A stretch of DNA of 64,000 nucleotides from Botryllus schlosseri (Eukaryota), in the NCBI GenBank assembly GCA_051294905.1, contig CM119372.1, positions 29,514,001 to 29,578,000 of the forward strand, read 5' to 3'. This document shows positions 50,635-62,912 of the stretch, piece by piece. Numbering within the stretch: the first letter of the stretch is position 1; the number at the start of each line of letters is the position of its first letter. Under the pieces are notes generated by a model that saw only the letters and a list, made by a program, of their open reading frames with translations, had not been told where the DNA came from and did no database searches. Made by a program: the position numbers and the translations under genes.

Positions 50635-51723
50635 ATGAAAGACAGAGTAAGGTCTATCGACCTAATCTTTGATGAAGAGGTAGAACTAGAGGATGTAATC
50701 AAACTGGCAACAAAACATGATAAGCTAAAACACACGGCCGCGGAAATTGAAGCCCTTTTCCAAAACGGGAAAAGAGCTTACAACATAACATACAGAACTG
50801 AGGCAACAAGACCAGAAATAATGAAACAGACTAAGGGGAAAATAACAACGGAAAACTACACTGTCAGGCTATACAAGCCGAGAAAACAATGGTTTTACAT
50901 AAACATACGTGCTGTTCCCACTGAAATTGAGAACAGCGAGGTAGAAGAAGCTGTAATGGCCCTAAATTGTGGAAGTGTAGTGAGAGTGGAAAAGGTCTAC
51001 CACAAAGGGACTGATATCTACAACGGCTTCAGAAAAGTCGCGCTGGAAGATCCGATAAAGGAAAACATCCCAGCAATAATGGATGTAGAGGGGACCAATT
51101 GCAGAGTGTTCCTTCCCATCACTGTGGAGAAATACTGTAACTTGTGTTTCGGGAAAGATCACACTGCAAAAGAATGCAAAAATGAAATGGTTTGCTGGTA
51201 TTGCAAGCAACCCGGCCATAGACAAAGTGAATGTGGCAAAAAGAACGACGACTTTCCAAGTCTGAATTCTAACAAGAACAACAAGAAGGAAGAAAAAGAT
51301 AACCAAAACAGCCAGAAGACGACTGACGAAGAAAAAAATAGGCCGAAGAAGGCTGATGTAGAAGAAAATAGCCAAAAGACGGCTGATGAAACTCTGTCGA
51401 ATGAAGAAACTGAAACAGAGGAAATAAATGAAAACCCAAACGAAGAAGAAGCATACCTACCCGATTTGTCGTCAGACGGATCTGACACGGAAAAGGAAAT
51501 GCAGGAAATAACGAATAACATAGAAAACAAAATGGACGACCTGGAAAGCCCAGATGAAAACATGTTCACAGAAGAAGAGAAGAACAAAATCCTAACTAGG
51601 TGGCAACAAGCCACACCAAAGAAAAGAAGAAATAAAAGCAAAAAGAATCGCTTTGCAAACAATAAAAATCTGAACTCCCAAACAAGAACGGAAAATAGAT
51701 TCAAACCCCTCTTCAACCAATAA
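50635..51723 (+). CDS. ORF1, gag-like nucleic-acid-binding protein with two CCHC zinc knuckles
   Basis: CNLCFGKDHTAKEC and CWYCKQPGHRQSEC, followed by an acidic and then basic low-complexity tail. Confidence 0.9.
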   Translation: MKDRVRSIDLIFDEEVELEDVIKLATKHDKLKHTAAEIEALFQNGKRAYNITYRTEATRPEIMKQTKGKITTENYTVRLYKPRKQWFYINIRAVPTEIENSEVEEAVMALNCGSVVRVEKVYHKGTDIYNGFRKVALEDPIKENIPAIMDVEGTNCRVFLPITVEKYCNLCFGKDHTAKECKNEMVCWYCKQPGHRQSECGKKNDDFPSLNSNKNNKKEEKDNQNSQKTTDEEKNRPKKADVEENSQKTADETLSNEETETEEINENPNEEEAYLPDLSSDGSDTEKEMQEITNNIENKMDDLESPDENMFTEEEKNKILTRWQQATPKKRRNKSKKNRFANNKNLNSQTRTENRFKPLFNQ

Positions 51724-54700
51724 CTTTCAAGATCGTCACTATCAACGTTAATGGGATACATAGCAGTTGGAATAACTTGAAACTAATGCTAGAGAAAAGA
51801 GAATTTGACGTACTATGTATCCAAGAAACCCATAAAATTGACAAAGATTACATAAACAATTGGTGTGACAAAAATGACTACAGTACTTACTTAAACTGTA
51901 TAGATAAGAAAGACACACAGGCGTTTACACTCAAAGATAAAAAGTACTTTAAAGGTACAGCGATCATAGTTAAAAAAGAATTGGAAAGAATCTACGAGGT
52001 GAGACATAAGATTATAGTAGAACACAGGGCACAAATAATTAGATTAAAAAATGAAGATAACACAACAGAGATCTGGAATGTATATGCACCTGCACACGTA
52101 GGGAAAGCACAAACAAGCTTCTACGACGTGCTAAATAAACAAATTAGGCCAGAAATGGACCGTAAAATAATCTGTGGCGATTTCAACTTGATATATGACA
52201 AACGAGACGCGAAAATTGTTGAAAATTTCAGATTAACAGCAGCGGCCAAAAAGTGGGTAGACACATGTATACAAAACAGACTAGTAGATGTGTTCAGGGC
52301 TAGACACCCTTTCAAAAGAATCTACACGCTGAAACGATCTCAGCAAGAAAGAAGATTAGATAGAATATATTGTTCGAAAGATATGCAACTGGAAGTGCAA
52401 GATTTCCAGTACAGAATAAATATGACATCCGATCACGTGTATATGGGCACACTAACGATAAAAAAGCAGAAAAGAAATAAATGGGGCAACGGCATATGGA
52501 AGAACAATGTAGAAATCTATACCAACAAATCAGTAAGATCTGAGATAAAAGAGCTATACGGTCTATACAAGGACCAAAAAGATATGTGTAGCCACATTAC
52601 CGAATGGTGGGATGCCATGAAAATAAAGATCAAAGATCTACTAATTAGAAAAGGAAAGGAATTCAACACTGAAAACAGGAATAGACATCGCGAACTATCA
52701 AATAAGTTAAACAATTCCGAAAGAAGCACAAATGAGTACAAGATGCTAATATCGGAACTTAAAGAAATTGAAAAGAGAGACTTTAGGAAAAGCCAAATAT
52801 TAACCAGAATAACAGATCGTGAAGAAAACGAAAAGCCAAGTAAAGAGTTTTTCAAAAGGTTGAGATCCCAATTAGACAAACAAAACATAGAACAGCTAGT
52901 GGACGAAAACGGACATTTGCTAACAGATGAAGACGAGATAACTACAGAAGTCACGAACTTCTATGAAAATCTTTGGAACAAAAAAGCAGCGATTGATGAC
53001 AGCAAACAAAAAGACTTCATACATGAGATGAATGGAAGTCATATAACGGAAGAGCAAAGAAAGACACTAAATGAACCAATACAAGAATACGAGATAGAAG
53101 ACGCGATCAAAAAACTACAAGGGGGAAAGTCACCAGGGAGTGATGGACTCTCAGCGGAGTTTTACAAAATATTTTGGAAGACGATAAAAGGCGAACTGAA
53201 GGAAGTGCTCAACAACGCATTCCTATTCAACCGATCGTGTAAATCATGGTCAGTAGGCATGGTAAAGATTATTTACAAAAAGGGAGATATCAAAGATTTG
53301 AGGAACTATCGTCCCTTAACGTTGCTAAACACAGACTATAAGATCTTGTCTAAAATCATCAACAAAAGGTTGTCGAACGTTATGCCCGATATAATATTGA
53401 ATACTCAAAAGTGCAGCATTAACGAGAGGAAAATTTACGACGCCTCACTTAACATAAAAGTTGCAATTGAGTACGCCAAACACAAAAATACGCCGCTCTT
53501 GATCGCCAGTCTCGACCAAGAGAAGGCGTTCGACATGGTGAACCATGAATACCTGTTGGAAATAATCAAGACACTAAATCTCGGCAAAAACATATATAAA
53601 TATATTAAAATGACATACGAAAAAGCAACAAGCAACGTAGTAATAAACGGAAAGATAACACAAACTATAGACATAAAAAGAGGCATAAGACAGGGATGCC
53701 CAATGAGCATGTCGCTGTATGCGATTGCAGCAGATCCTATAGCAAGAAGAATAACAAAAGACAGAAAGATAAATGGCATAACGTTTGGAAGCAGCAGTGA
53801 GATGAAATTGCAACAATATGCCGATGACTTAACAGCAACAGTCACTGACGAAAAATCAATCAAAATAATCTTGGAACATTTGCAAGACTTTGAATTGGCT
53901 ACTGGCCAAAAATTAAATAGGAAAAAGACCCAAATCCTCGCTACAAACAAAGAAGCTAAGAAACAGATGAAAAACCCAGAACTAAATCAGTTCTACAAAG
54001 AGCAGATAAAGGTTCTGGGACATCTGTTGGGGAAGAACAACATACAAGATATGTGGAAACAAAAGATAGCGAAGATTAAAAATATCCTAAACCTATGTAA
54101 AGCGAGAGATCTTACCTGGATAGGGAAGAAAATCGTCTTGGACAGCTTGGCAGCTTCGCAGTTGTTGTACGTGGCGAGAGTTTATTCTCCTGAAAGAAAG
54201 CATATTAAAGAACTTGATAAGCTGTTTTTTGACTTCTTATACCATCCTGAAAAGATGGAAACAATCTCGAGATCGATCCTGATCAAGGACAAAGGCAGAG
54301 GTGGAATGGCTATTCCCTCCCCAGAACACAAAGCAACAACCTGCAATATAATCAAAATGAAAGACTTGGCAAACATTGAAACTCCTGTAGAATTCTGGCA
54401 AAAACACGCGGTATACCAATTAGGCTCTAAGATCAAACCAATTAATTCCAAACTATTCACAAACACTGTTCCACACAGAGACATTCCAAACAAAGATTGG
54501 GCAACCACCTTACGGGATTACAAAAAATTAAACTGGGAACAAAAACAACTCCAAGAAACCAACTTCAAAGAAATTTACAAAACCACAATAAAACTGAATG
54601 AAAGGGAGGACGCTACGACACCGAATATCAACTGGTGCCAACTGAACAGGTCTAAGAAAAATCTCGTAATACAACCATCTAATAAAGAGAAGGTCATAAA

Positions 54701-55244
54701 CTATAGGATATCAAAGGATGGATATATCTTCGGCCTAAAAAGATTTAAAAGAGGAATGCTAAGAATGATTAAAAGAAAAACTGAGGTGTATAAATGCAAA
54801 TTTTGTAGAATAAAAGACGAGACAGTGGAGCACGTTTTCGCTGACTGCATAGTAACAAGAGGAGTACTGAAGAATATAGAAAAGGCCCTCCAATTAGGGC
54901 ATACGAACAGAGAAGTGATACTTCACAATAAGCTGAATGAAGACAGTGTAAAATTGACGCTGATATCGATATTCAAGCGTACGGTGCTGCGATATAAACA
55001 GCACCTAGACATATCGAACGCATACCTGTCAGACGTAAAAGCATGGAGGAAGAACACGGCGGAAGTCATCCTGATGAAAATTTTGCAGAGAATCAAACTG
55101 CAAAAAGAAAGTCTCATAAATGAGAGCATAAAAAACTGGACAAAAAAAATTCAAACATTCTTATCCGAAGAAAGAAGAAACGATGGGGAAGGAAACGACA
55201 ATAAGGACGATGACGAAAGAAGGAAAGACGAAAGACGAAAGTAA
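51723..55244 (+). CDS. ORF2: APE endonuclease, reverse transcriptase and C-terminal zinc finger (true start uncertain)
   Basis: Endonuclease motifs TINVNG, CIQETH, NVYAP, CGDFN, RLDRIY, SDH; RT motifs KSPGSDG, NYRPLTLLNTDYK, LDQEKAFD, GIRQGCP, YADD; zinc finger CKFC...ETVEHVFADC. The frame is open from 51699. Confidence 0.95.
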   Translation, partial: TFKIVTINVNGIHSSWNNLKLMLEKREFDVLCIQETHKIDKDYINNWCDKNDYSTYLNCIDKKDTQAFTLKDKKYFKGTAIIVKKELERIYEVRHKIIVEHRAQIIRLKNEDNTTEIWNVYAPAHVGKAQTSFYDVLNKQIRPEMDRKIICGDFNLIYDKRDAKIVENFRLTAAAKKWVDTCIQNRLVDVFRARHPFKRIYTLKRSQQERRLDRIYCSKDMQLEVQDFQYRINMTSDHVYMGTLTIKKQKRNKWGNGIWKNNVEIYTNKSVRSEIKELYGLYKDQKDMCSHITEWWDAMKIKIKDLLIRKGKEFNTENRNRHRELSNKLNNSERSTNEYKMLISELKEIEKRDFRKSQILTRITDREENEKPSKEFFKRLRSQLDKQNIEQLVDENGHLLTDEDEITTEVTNFYENLWNKKAAIDDSKQKDFIHEMNGSHITEEQRKTLNEPIQEYEIEDAIKKLQGGKSPGSDGLSAEFYKIFWKTIKGELKEVLNNAFLFNRSCKSWSVGMVKIIYKKGDIKDLRNYRPLTLLNTDYKILSKIINKRLSNVMPDIILNTQKCSINERKIYDASLNIKVAIEYAKHKNTPLLIASLDQEKAFDMVNHEYLLEIIKTLNLGKNIYKYIKMTYEKATSNVVINGKITQTIDIKRGIRQGCPMSMSLYAIAADPIARRITKDRKINGITFGSSSEMKLQQYADDLTATVTDEKSIKIILEHLQDFELATGQKLNRKKTQILATNKEAKKQMKNPELNQFYKEQIKVLGHLLGKNNIQDMWKQKIAKIKNILNLCKARDLTWIGKKIVLDSLAASQLLYVARVYSPERKHIKELDKLFFDFLYHPEKMETISRSILIKDKGRGGMAIPSPEHKATTCNIIKMKDLANIETPVEFWQKHAVYQLGSKIKPINSKLFTNTVPHRDIPNKDWATTLRDYKKLNWEQKQLQETNFKEIYKTTIKLNEREDATTPNINWCQLNRSKKNLVIQPSNKEKVINYRISKDGYIFGLKRFKRGMLRMIKRKTEVYKCKFCRIKDETVEHVFADCIVTRGVLKNIEKALQLGHTNREVILHNKLNEDSVKLTLISIFKRTVLRYKQHLDISNAYLSDVKAWRKNTAEVILMKILQRIKLQKESLINESIKNWTKKIQTFLSEERRNDGEGNDNKDDDERRKDERRK

Positions 55245-56133
55245 GGATGATGAATACCAACGGACGAAGGATGATGGACGAAACGGAAAAGAACGCGGCG
55301 GAATATGAATGTGTATGTGAGAGTGTGTGCATTGTGTTTGCATATTTCATGTGTGTGAATGAGAGTGCGCGCGATAAAATATAAATTGAAATTATATGTA
55401 TTGAAATTATTAAAGCAATAAATATGTTGGCGGACAGCCAAAAAAAAAAAAAAAAAAGTGAGCATCGTTTCTATAGACAGCCTAACACTTTCATGGGGTG
55501 AACAGAGAATTTTCAAATTTTTTAATATTTATTTTTATATAATTAATAGAAACTTTCTTCTCCTGTAGCAAAGCGGTTACTGGCTGGATTTGAACCAAAT
55601 TTTGTGTGTAGGCTTAAATTAGGTAACCTAACAATTTTATCAAGTGGCCAGTACGATTTGAGAAAAAAAAGTCATTTTTGAAGAGCCCTAATGTAGAATA
55701 TGGTAAGGTAAGGCGTAGGCAGTAGTCGATCATTAAATTTCTGCACTCTTTGCAAGAGCTCACTTTGGTTTTATGATCTCTATCCACTTTGCCATTAGCT
55801 AAAGGGCCCACCCTCCTACATTTACGCGAATGTTATCATTTTGCAAATAACTGAGAAAATACATGTACCCATGTAGAATATAATACCGTGAACAGTAGTC
55901 AATCATTTAATTTCTGCGCCCGTTAAAAGAGCTTACTTTGATTTTATGAGGGGGCCCCCTCCTACATTTATGCAAATTTTATTTATCCTTTTGCAAATAA
56001 CCGTGAAAATCGTAAGGCCACCACTGTATATTACTAATCGTAATTGAGGATATCATTTTAGGTGTTTTTATATATATATATATGACATCGTCATTTGTAA
56101 GTTATATGTTAGTATGATTTAAACACGTATAGC

Positions 56134-57491
56134 CAGGCCGTGTTATTTTTGGCATATGCCAAAACAGCCAAAAATAACTTATTTTTGGCATTTTTCGATT
56201 TTTATTTTTGGCAGTTTTGGCATCGTCCTCTAAATAGATAGTTTCAGCCTCGAATTAGTCACAAAAACGCTTTATTCGGGCTAGTTTCGCAAATGACACC
56301 ACAAAATGTGCAGCATCCACGTATAATCAGTGCCAATAAACAATAAGAAGAAGAAAAAACCTAACGATTTCATAGGTTAATATTATCAAACGAAACCACA
56401 AAATTTGCAGTATCCGTCGGAATCGGTGCCAATAAGCAAAAAAAAGAAAGAAAAGCCTAACAAACACGCTCAACAGCTGATTGTTACATCTGTTGAATAG
56501 ACTTCAATCGTTCGCACTGTAACAGTGCTTCCAAACTTAGGTCAGCTAAGTTTCTCCTAAATTCATTTCTCGCCCAGCGAATCTGGGAAATATCGGCTTC
56601 AACAGTAGCCGTTGAGGGAAAGAATGTTGCCAGTCATCCACAAAAGGTTTTCAGAGCTTCAAAATGTTTGGAGGGCCGAACCGGCTTCCATGCATCCTGA
56701 AAAGAGATCACTTCGCCAGTGCCATCGATCTCATCGCGGAAAGAATTTTCTTCCCGATCCTTTTCCAGGAGTTTCCTGTGCTGTCTCTCAACACATTCTA
56801 TTTAGTAGCCCGACTATCATTTCTCCTTCAGTCTACCGATATATTTTCGGAGGACTTCTGCCACTTCAGGTGGCTTTAATATTACCAACTCGAATGGAAG
56901 ATTCCTGGGATGGTTAGCTTGTTTAAGAACATTGACGCAACAAGACTGTCTGGCAAAACGAGACTATGCAGCTCAGAAATAGCCAGACAGTTTGTTGCGT
57001 CACAATGTTCGACTCGATCACAATGCAAAAATCGTGGTTGATTTTTGGGGTTCCAGTTCCATGAGCAGAATATAATTTATAATTTAATAATCAGTACTGC
57101 GGCAGCTTCTCATTGATACCTGTTTTATCAAATTTAGCGCTCGACAAGCCGGTCAAAAATGGTCGCAAAATTGCCTTTGGACAAATGGAAAGTATTACGT
57201 AAACCAAATGCTGTCAGTCGTTCAATCTCGCTGTGCCCACACCATTTAGGACACCATGCTTTCACCCCTAATGGGTGAGCTGGACCCAGATTAAGAAACC
57301 TGCCTTTCACAAACGCTCTTGTCGCTTGTAACGCGGTCCTGTTAACACAACACCATGAACGAAATGCACTATTTGGCAGGCCGTGTTATTTTTGGCATAT
57401 GCCAAAAATTGCTTATTTTTGGCATTTTCAAATTTTTATTTTTGGCAGTTTTGGCATCTGGCTCCTGAAATGCCAAAAATAACACGGCCTG
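56134..57491 (-). mobile_element. hAT non-autonomous element with C-terminal transposase remnant
   Basis: TIR CAGGCCGTGTTATTTTT; TSD CGTATAGC. Minus 56510-56630 encodes LATFFPSTATVEADISQIRWARNEFRRNLADLSLEALLQC. Confidence 0.85.
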
Positions 57492-60400
57492 CGTATAGCT
57501 AAATCTAAATAAGTAGAAGCTCACTGCTAAGTGCTGCTATTCGATCTGTTTTAGAACAGGCTCGCGGGATACTCAACTGGTCCTCGCGGGCTACATGGGG
57601 CCCGCGGGCACCACTTTAATTACCCCTGATCTAGGTGAATACTTATATACATGACTGGAGTTTATTTATGTATATGATATCCGTGAAAGTCTATAAATAT
57701 AATAGATCTAATACCCCTAGATAGAGTGCTGTTGCTGTATATTGATTTAAAAGAGTCTTCTGTGTGTAAAAATAACAGATAGAATGAATTTTTAAACTTT
57801 CTAACATGACTGAGTCGATTTTCTATCTAGCCATTACATCAAAGATGTGAGATTTCGGTCAAAATAGCCCAATTGGTTATCTCCAAAACAAGAGCCAATT
57901 TGAGAAAACTAAGGTCATATTCGAAATCAGTGCCCTTCGGAACCCCCAAAACCACGCTTACTTTGTCTTCCTAAAAATATGTGTTGACCGGTGTAATTAT
58001 AGATATTTGTTACATGATTTAAGAATTAATAGCGACTCAATCTGTATAGGTCAATCATCTTGCAAAATCTAATGGTGTCCATCATGCCTATTACTTCGAA
58101 AATTCGGCATGGATTTGTGACTTGACTAGTGACATGACTTGACTTGACTGACTCGAGCCACCTTCAAAAATCGCGTGCCTTGAATTGACTCGAGTCAAAA
58201 TATAAAAGTGACTTGATCCCAACACGGCATATGACGTGAGCTTATAAGGAAATATTATATTTCTTCCTAACTTTGTACCATTCTAAGCAATGCCCAGATG
58301 CTTGACAGACATACCATGAACGCATCTGCGAAGAGCTAGTACACGCATTCACCAGTTACTCTTAATTAAGAGATATCTTGTGATCTGTGCAAGGTCCGGT
58401 AGCGGTCAAAATCTAACATTAGTGTATGGATGGTAGGACGCAATTATGATCAGATCACTTATATGCAAGTACCAATATTACTGACCAAATTCATTCAATA
58501 ATTATGGATATTTTCCGCGCGAAAATCGTTGTTGTTGTTATTATATTATTAAAAACATAATAAATATTACTGCGATTCTTTAATCTGACCTCTTCATTGC
58601 ATAGGAATAACAATTTGTCTGTATTATTGTATTATTGAATTTTTTAAAATTTACTTCAATCCTGCCATTTTCCTTAGGGGCAGGTTGCTGCCCGGAGTAC
58701 GTGCGTGTTAACCAATTTTACTGTGACCCAAGCAAATAATAAAATAACATTATTCATGTCAATCTTATTAGAGAGTAGGGTGCGTGGTAACCCAGTATAT
58801 TTAAACATATGAATCTTGCGTTCACCGTTACCAAATCTGCCTCGTTAGTGAATCGCGTAGTCCTGGAATTAGTTCGCTACGTAAAGAATGTGTGTGTCTG
58901 TGAAAATTACGATGAAATGTAAGAGTAACGATGAAATAGCATGTGTCCCGTCTGGTACGATTTCTGGGTAGTGAGCTTGACTCGAGCCAAATCATGACTT
59001 GACTCGAGTCATCACAACACTACATATATGTAGCTATGATTCTCTTTTCGACGCCACACAAAAGTTGGATATAATGTCTTATGGGGGCAAGAGGCCAGCG
59101 TTTTTGGACGGTGATAAAGTGCTGTTTTGACCCTGGTGATGAATACAGCAGCCATATATTGCAAAAATCGAATTGTTGTGGTATTTTTGATGCTTAGTCA
59201 GAAGAATGAAGGTCATTTAACAGTAGCCTTTATCGTCGGCAGATCAGTAAAGACGTCTGAGTGGGTTATAGCCTGCAATGGTTGAGGTCGACTGTAACCG
59301 ACTGGATCATACCGAATATGTTGCCTGTCTCACAGATACTTGGGAAGAGATGTATAATGCCCCATTGGTAGGATTGCTACTGCATGTTGTTGTTAGTCAG
59401 TTCCCCGTTTTATCTAATTCGCTCGCATTTGCACACACTATTGTTATAGGCCTACGAATGCCACTTGGTATTGCGTGGCAGCTGCTATTTGTCCATCTGT
59501 GTCAGGAGTCGGGAACCTATTACTCGCGAGCCATATACGGCTCTTTGCCACATTTTTATTGTTGTACTCAATTTATCATAATTGCAGCAACTTGTTAGTA
59601 AACTTCCATCACAGCCATAATAATTACTCTTGCGACATTATAAACAACATGTCTTAGACAGGTAAAGATAGAGAAGTATTCAGTGATAGAGGCTTGGAAC
59701 CTTTTCAAAATCCTGAAATTTAAATTGCTGTCATGCCGGCGATCAATATCACTCTGCGAATTTGATGTACCCGGCCGCCTCGAAATCTCGGATTGCACGA
59801 TACGTTGATTGATCATAAAGAATAGCAGACATGGCGACGCCATATTAGCCATCTGCTTAAACACTATGTTAGCGTGGGTTGTACCTGGATTCAGGACCAA
59901 AACAGCAATTAGTCCCCCACTCCAAACGTTTGTCTTGGCCCCCATAGGGTGGTCAATTTTAAAGTTGATGAATGAGTTTCGTCAATAATACTGGTAATTG
60001 CATTATATTACTATTCATTATTAATCCTCTCGCAGCCCCCGATGACCAGATTTACCGGTAGAGCGGGGGGAACGTAATTCATAATTAAAATATCTGGTAT
60101 TGTTATACCTACTTTATTGTATGATGTTAACTCGTGAACTCCCGTCTGTTATATTATCAAAAGATATTGTAGTCGCCCAAATGTAGCATACTGAATGTAA
60201 AACTTACTCCTGAGACGAGAGACGCACTCACAAATTGTCATATCTTAATTCCTCTGTGGGGTCCCCGGGGGGATATTTATATTATGGGGATCAGATTGGA
60301 AGGACAGTACTATATATTCTTCACGCCCACCCAGCGTGGCTATTGCTAATGGACGCATATAGGCGTACCCAACGTTTCGGCAAATATTTTTCTTTGAGAG

Positions 60401-61094
60401 CACACTTCGTGAAGTCGCATGTTGGCCAGAACTGCATATGTCTTCTGGTGTGTCGTGGCCATAAATGCCCATAAATTATGAACGTTTTTTCCTAAATGGG
60501 AGAGGTATGCATTTCATAATCAAGCTATCTAGAGACATTCAATCGCGAAGCTCAAATAAATTTTACAATTTAATTTAATGACTCGAAAATACTAAAATAA
60601 TTGTTGGTAATTTACAAAATACTTTTGAGTCCCTTTCGTGCTCGCTCCCAGCCTATTGGGGAGTTCAGGGTGTGGCAGTTACGGAGCTGGCAAGAATGCA
60701 GATCGTTTGGTGCGATAAATCGTCCTGTATAAAGTTGGGCAATGGGTACATTATGACGTGACAAGCAAATGACGTATCATTTATAAAGAAATTTATTATC
60801 TCATTAGGTCTTTTCACCGTGATCCTCATATTGTTATCCAATATATCTTCTAAGATTAGTTCTAAGAAGCAATATATATGTAATCGTGAGTAATTGTGAT
60901 TACTTTTCCAATGTAATATGATTATATTTTAGAAGTCATTACAATAACTCATGATTACATATATTTTGCTTTGTAGAACTTATCTTTGAAGAAATGTTGG
61001 AAGACAATACAGCGATTTAAATGGAAGGCCTCGTGATAGAACAGCCTTCCTTTTAAATGAGACGTCATGACGTCATTTGTTGTTTGTGTCAGAA

Positions 61095-61900
61095 CTGCGA
61101 TTTTTTGAAATAAAAAACGAAGATTTTGACCTATAAACAATCAAAATTTTCACATTTTTGTACCTCAAAAAACTTAATTCTGACCAAATTTTTACCTCAT
61201 GTAAGTAACATAGGTGTTTTATTCCCACCAAATGTTAGAATTGCACTACTTATCCTCATTTCTGGTTTGATCCGTCTATCCTTAGGAAGTAGTTCGGCTT
61301 GAAAATTTTTCTAGACTTGAAAACTGACAAATTTGTACACGAAGAAACTGTATTGTAACGAAAGCGGGACATATGAAGAATTCCAGTAGTTACACCACGC
61401 ATTATGGTAAAAATAGTAACAAAAAATTGTAATACAACGAAAGATACTTTCCTACATTTCCAGGTAGAAAGTGTCTGTCCTCAGGTAGCTTGCTAAGGAT
61501 GGAGAAAGCACGTTCAACATGAGTAGTTGTTGGCTGACAACACTGAAGTTGTGCGGACACTACTGGTGACGCACCATGTTGCTTCATTCTGACAATGTTG
61601 TCTATATCACAATTTTTAATCGTGCGCTCCTTGATATAAGAGCCAATGTCCACGCAGTCTTGCTTCAGTTAGGATATTGCGGTACGTTGAGTATAACACC
61701 ATATGTACACCTATTTGTTTCATTTGACCGATTATGATTGGCAATGAGCATACAATGAGCCGTCTACAACGGTAGGCTCGTAAAGTAGGCTACAAGCTGT
61801 AAAAGGTTTAATTATAAGAATGTGAACATGTACGATACAAACGAAATGCAGGTTGTAAAAGAATTAAATAATAAGGCTAAATTTGTGAAATAGGAGCACG
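61095..61900 (-). mobile_element. TAGGGCGATTTTT-family hAT derivative, reverse copy
   Basis: ORF 61402-61653 encodes LQCCQPTTTHVERAFSILSKLPEDRHFLPGNVGKYL, homologous to 40594-40830. Confidence 0.7.
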
Positions 61901-61970
61901 CTGTATGACATAAATTGGACCTAATAAGAGATAACCGACAGCCTTTTTCCAATATATATGCTATATCAAG

Positions 61971-62912
61971 CAGTGTTGGGATGACTCGAGTCTGACTCGA
62001 GTCAACGTTTTCGTATGACTTGACTTGACTCAAGTCACTTTGCTAAAATGACTTGACTTGACTTGACTCGGCGTATCATAAATGTGGATTGACTCGTGAC
62101 TCGGAGCAAAATTCACGAGTCAATTTCAAGTCATCTAGTAAGCTGTGACGATAAAAATCAATGTATCTTGCATATGTTCGGGTTGTTCGCGAGACGCTGG
62201 TGTAACCCGTGAGAGCGACCAATCACTCAATGATCGTGCGTTTTACTGAGCCTCCATTGTTCTCTCACAAATAAATAGACCGCAAACGAAGTGATCTAAG
62301 CTTACATCTCACGTCGTCGTAAACTAGTATAGTGAAGTAATATAGCAAAATGTCTATTTCTGTTCTCTGTTCTTACGTTAACCAAACCTCTTGTATTATT
62401 GAAATTGATTTCGAATATAGTTTATATAGTCCTCAACCATTGGCGCAGGCTCGAATTGTATCATATCAACTTGTAAATGGGTAATGCGTTGCATCTTATC
62501 AATTCGTTTCTCCATTCTCTATTTTGGCTGGTAACTATAGACTGAGGCTATGCCATTACTTACGTAGTTTAGCAGTTCTACGTATATGTAATCGATACAG
62601 CGCCTTATTGCGTGTATATTTAACTCTATATTCGGTCATCGGTTCAAAATCAATGACCACTCGTCAATCTGTAAACCAGACAGCTAGCAAAATGCAATGA
62701 CGTAATCATACCTCATACTTCGAAAAGGCAACTTGACTTGAATTGTGACTTGACTCGTGACTCGACTTGACTCGAGTCACCTCCAAAATCGAGTGACTGG
62801 ACTTGACTCGAGTCATCTTCGAAAATCGATTGACTTGACTTGACTCGAGTCGAAATGTGCAATGACTCGAAATGACTCGTGACTCGAAGGTAGTGACTTG
62901 ATCCCAACACTG
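61971..62912 (+). mobile_element. hAT MITE, sister copy of 47717-48679
   Basis: TIR CAGTGTTGGGAT/ATCCCAACACTG; TSD ATATCAAG. Confidence 0.92.

Larger units (their letters stand above)
50530..55457 (+). mobile_element. Full-length L1-group (Tx1-like) non-LTR retrotransposon
   Basis: TSD GTGAGCAT at 50522-50529 and 55458-55465; 105-bp 5'UTR; ORF1 and ORF2; AATAAA at 55417; A18 tail. Confidence 0.95.
50091..55690. mobile_element. Second copy of the palindromic TAGGG MITE, interrupted by the retrotransposon
   Basis: TIR TAGGGCTCTTCAAAAATGAC; TSD ATGTAGAA at 50083-50090 and 55691-55698. 50091-50529 plus 55466-55690 rebuilds 3847-4510. Confidence 0.93.
48856..57628 (-). mobile_element. Charlie/SPIN-type hAT relic that probably hosts the nested elements between its ends
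   Basis: CAGGGGTCACCAAC start and TACCCCTG end with matching GCGGGCTAC subterminal motifs. 49290-49450 (minus) encodes MFGSTYLRESTFSDMLVIK. The TSD match is poor. Confidence 0.5.

Noticed and set aside
50962..55350. Long minus-strand ORFs (137-200 aa) opposite the LINE
   Set aside because: They are F/S/L-rich shadows of the A-rich coding strand with no domains.
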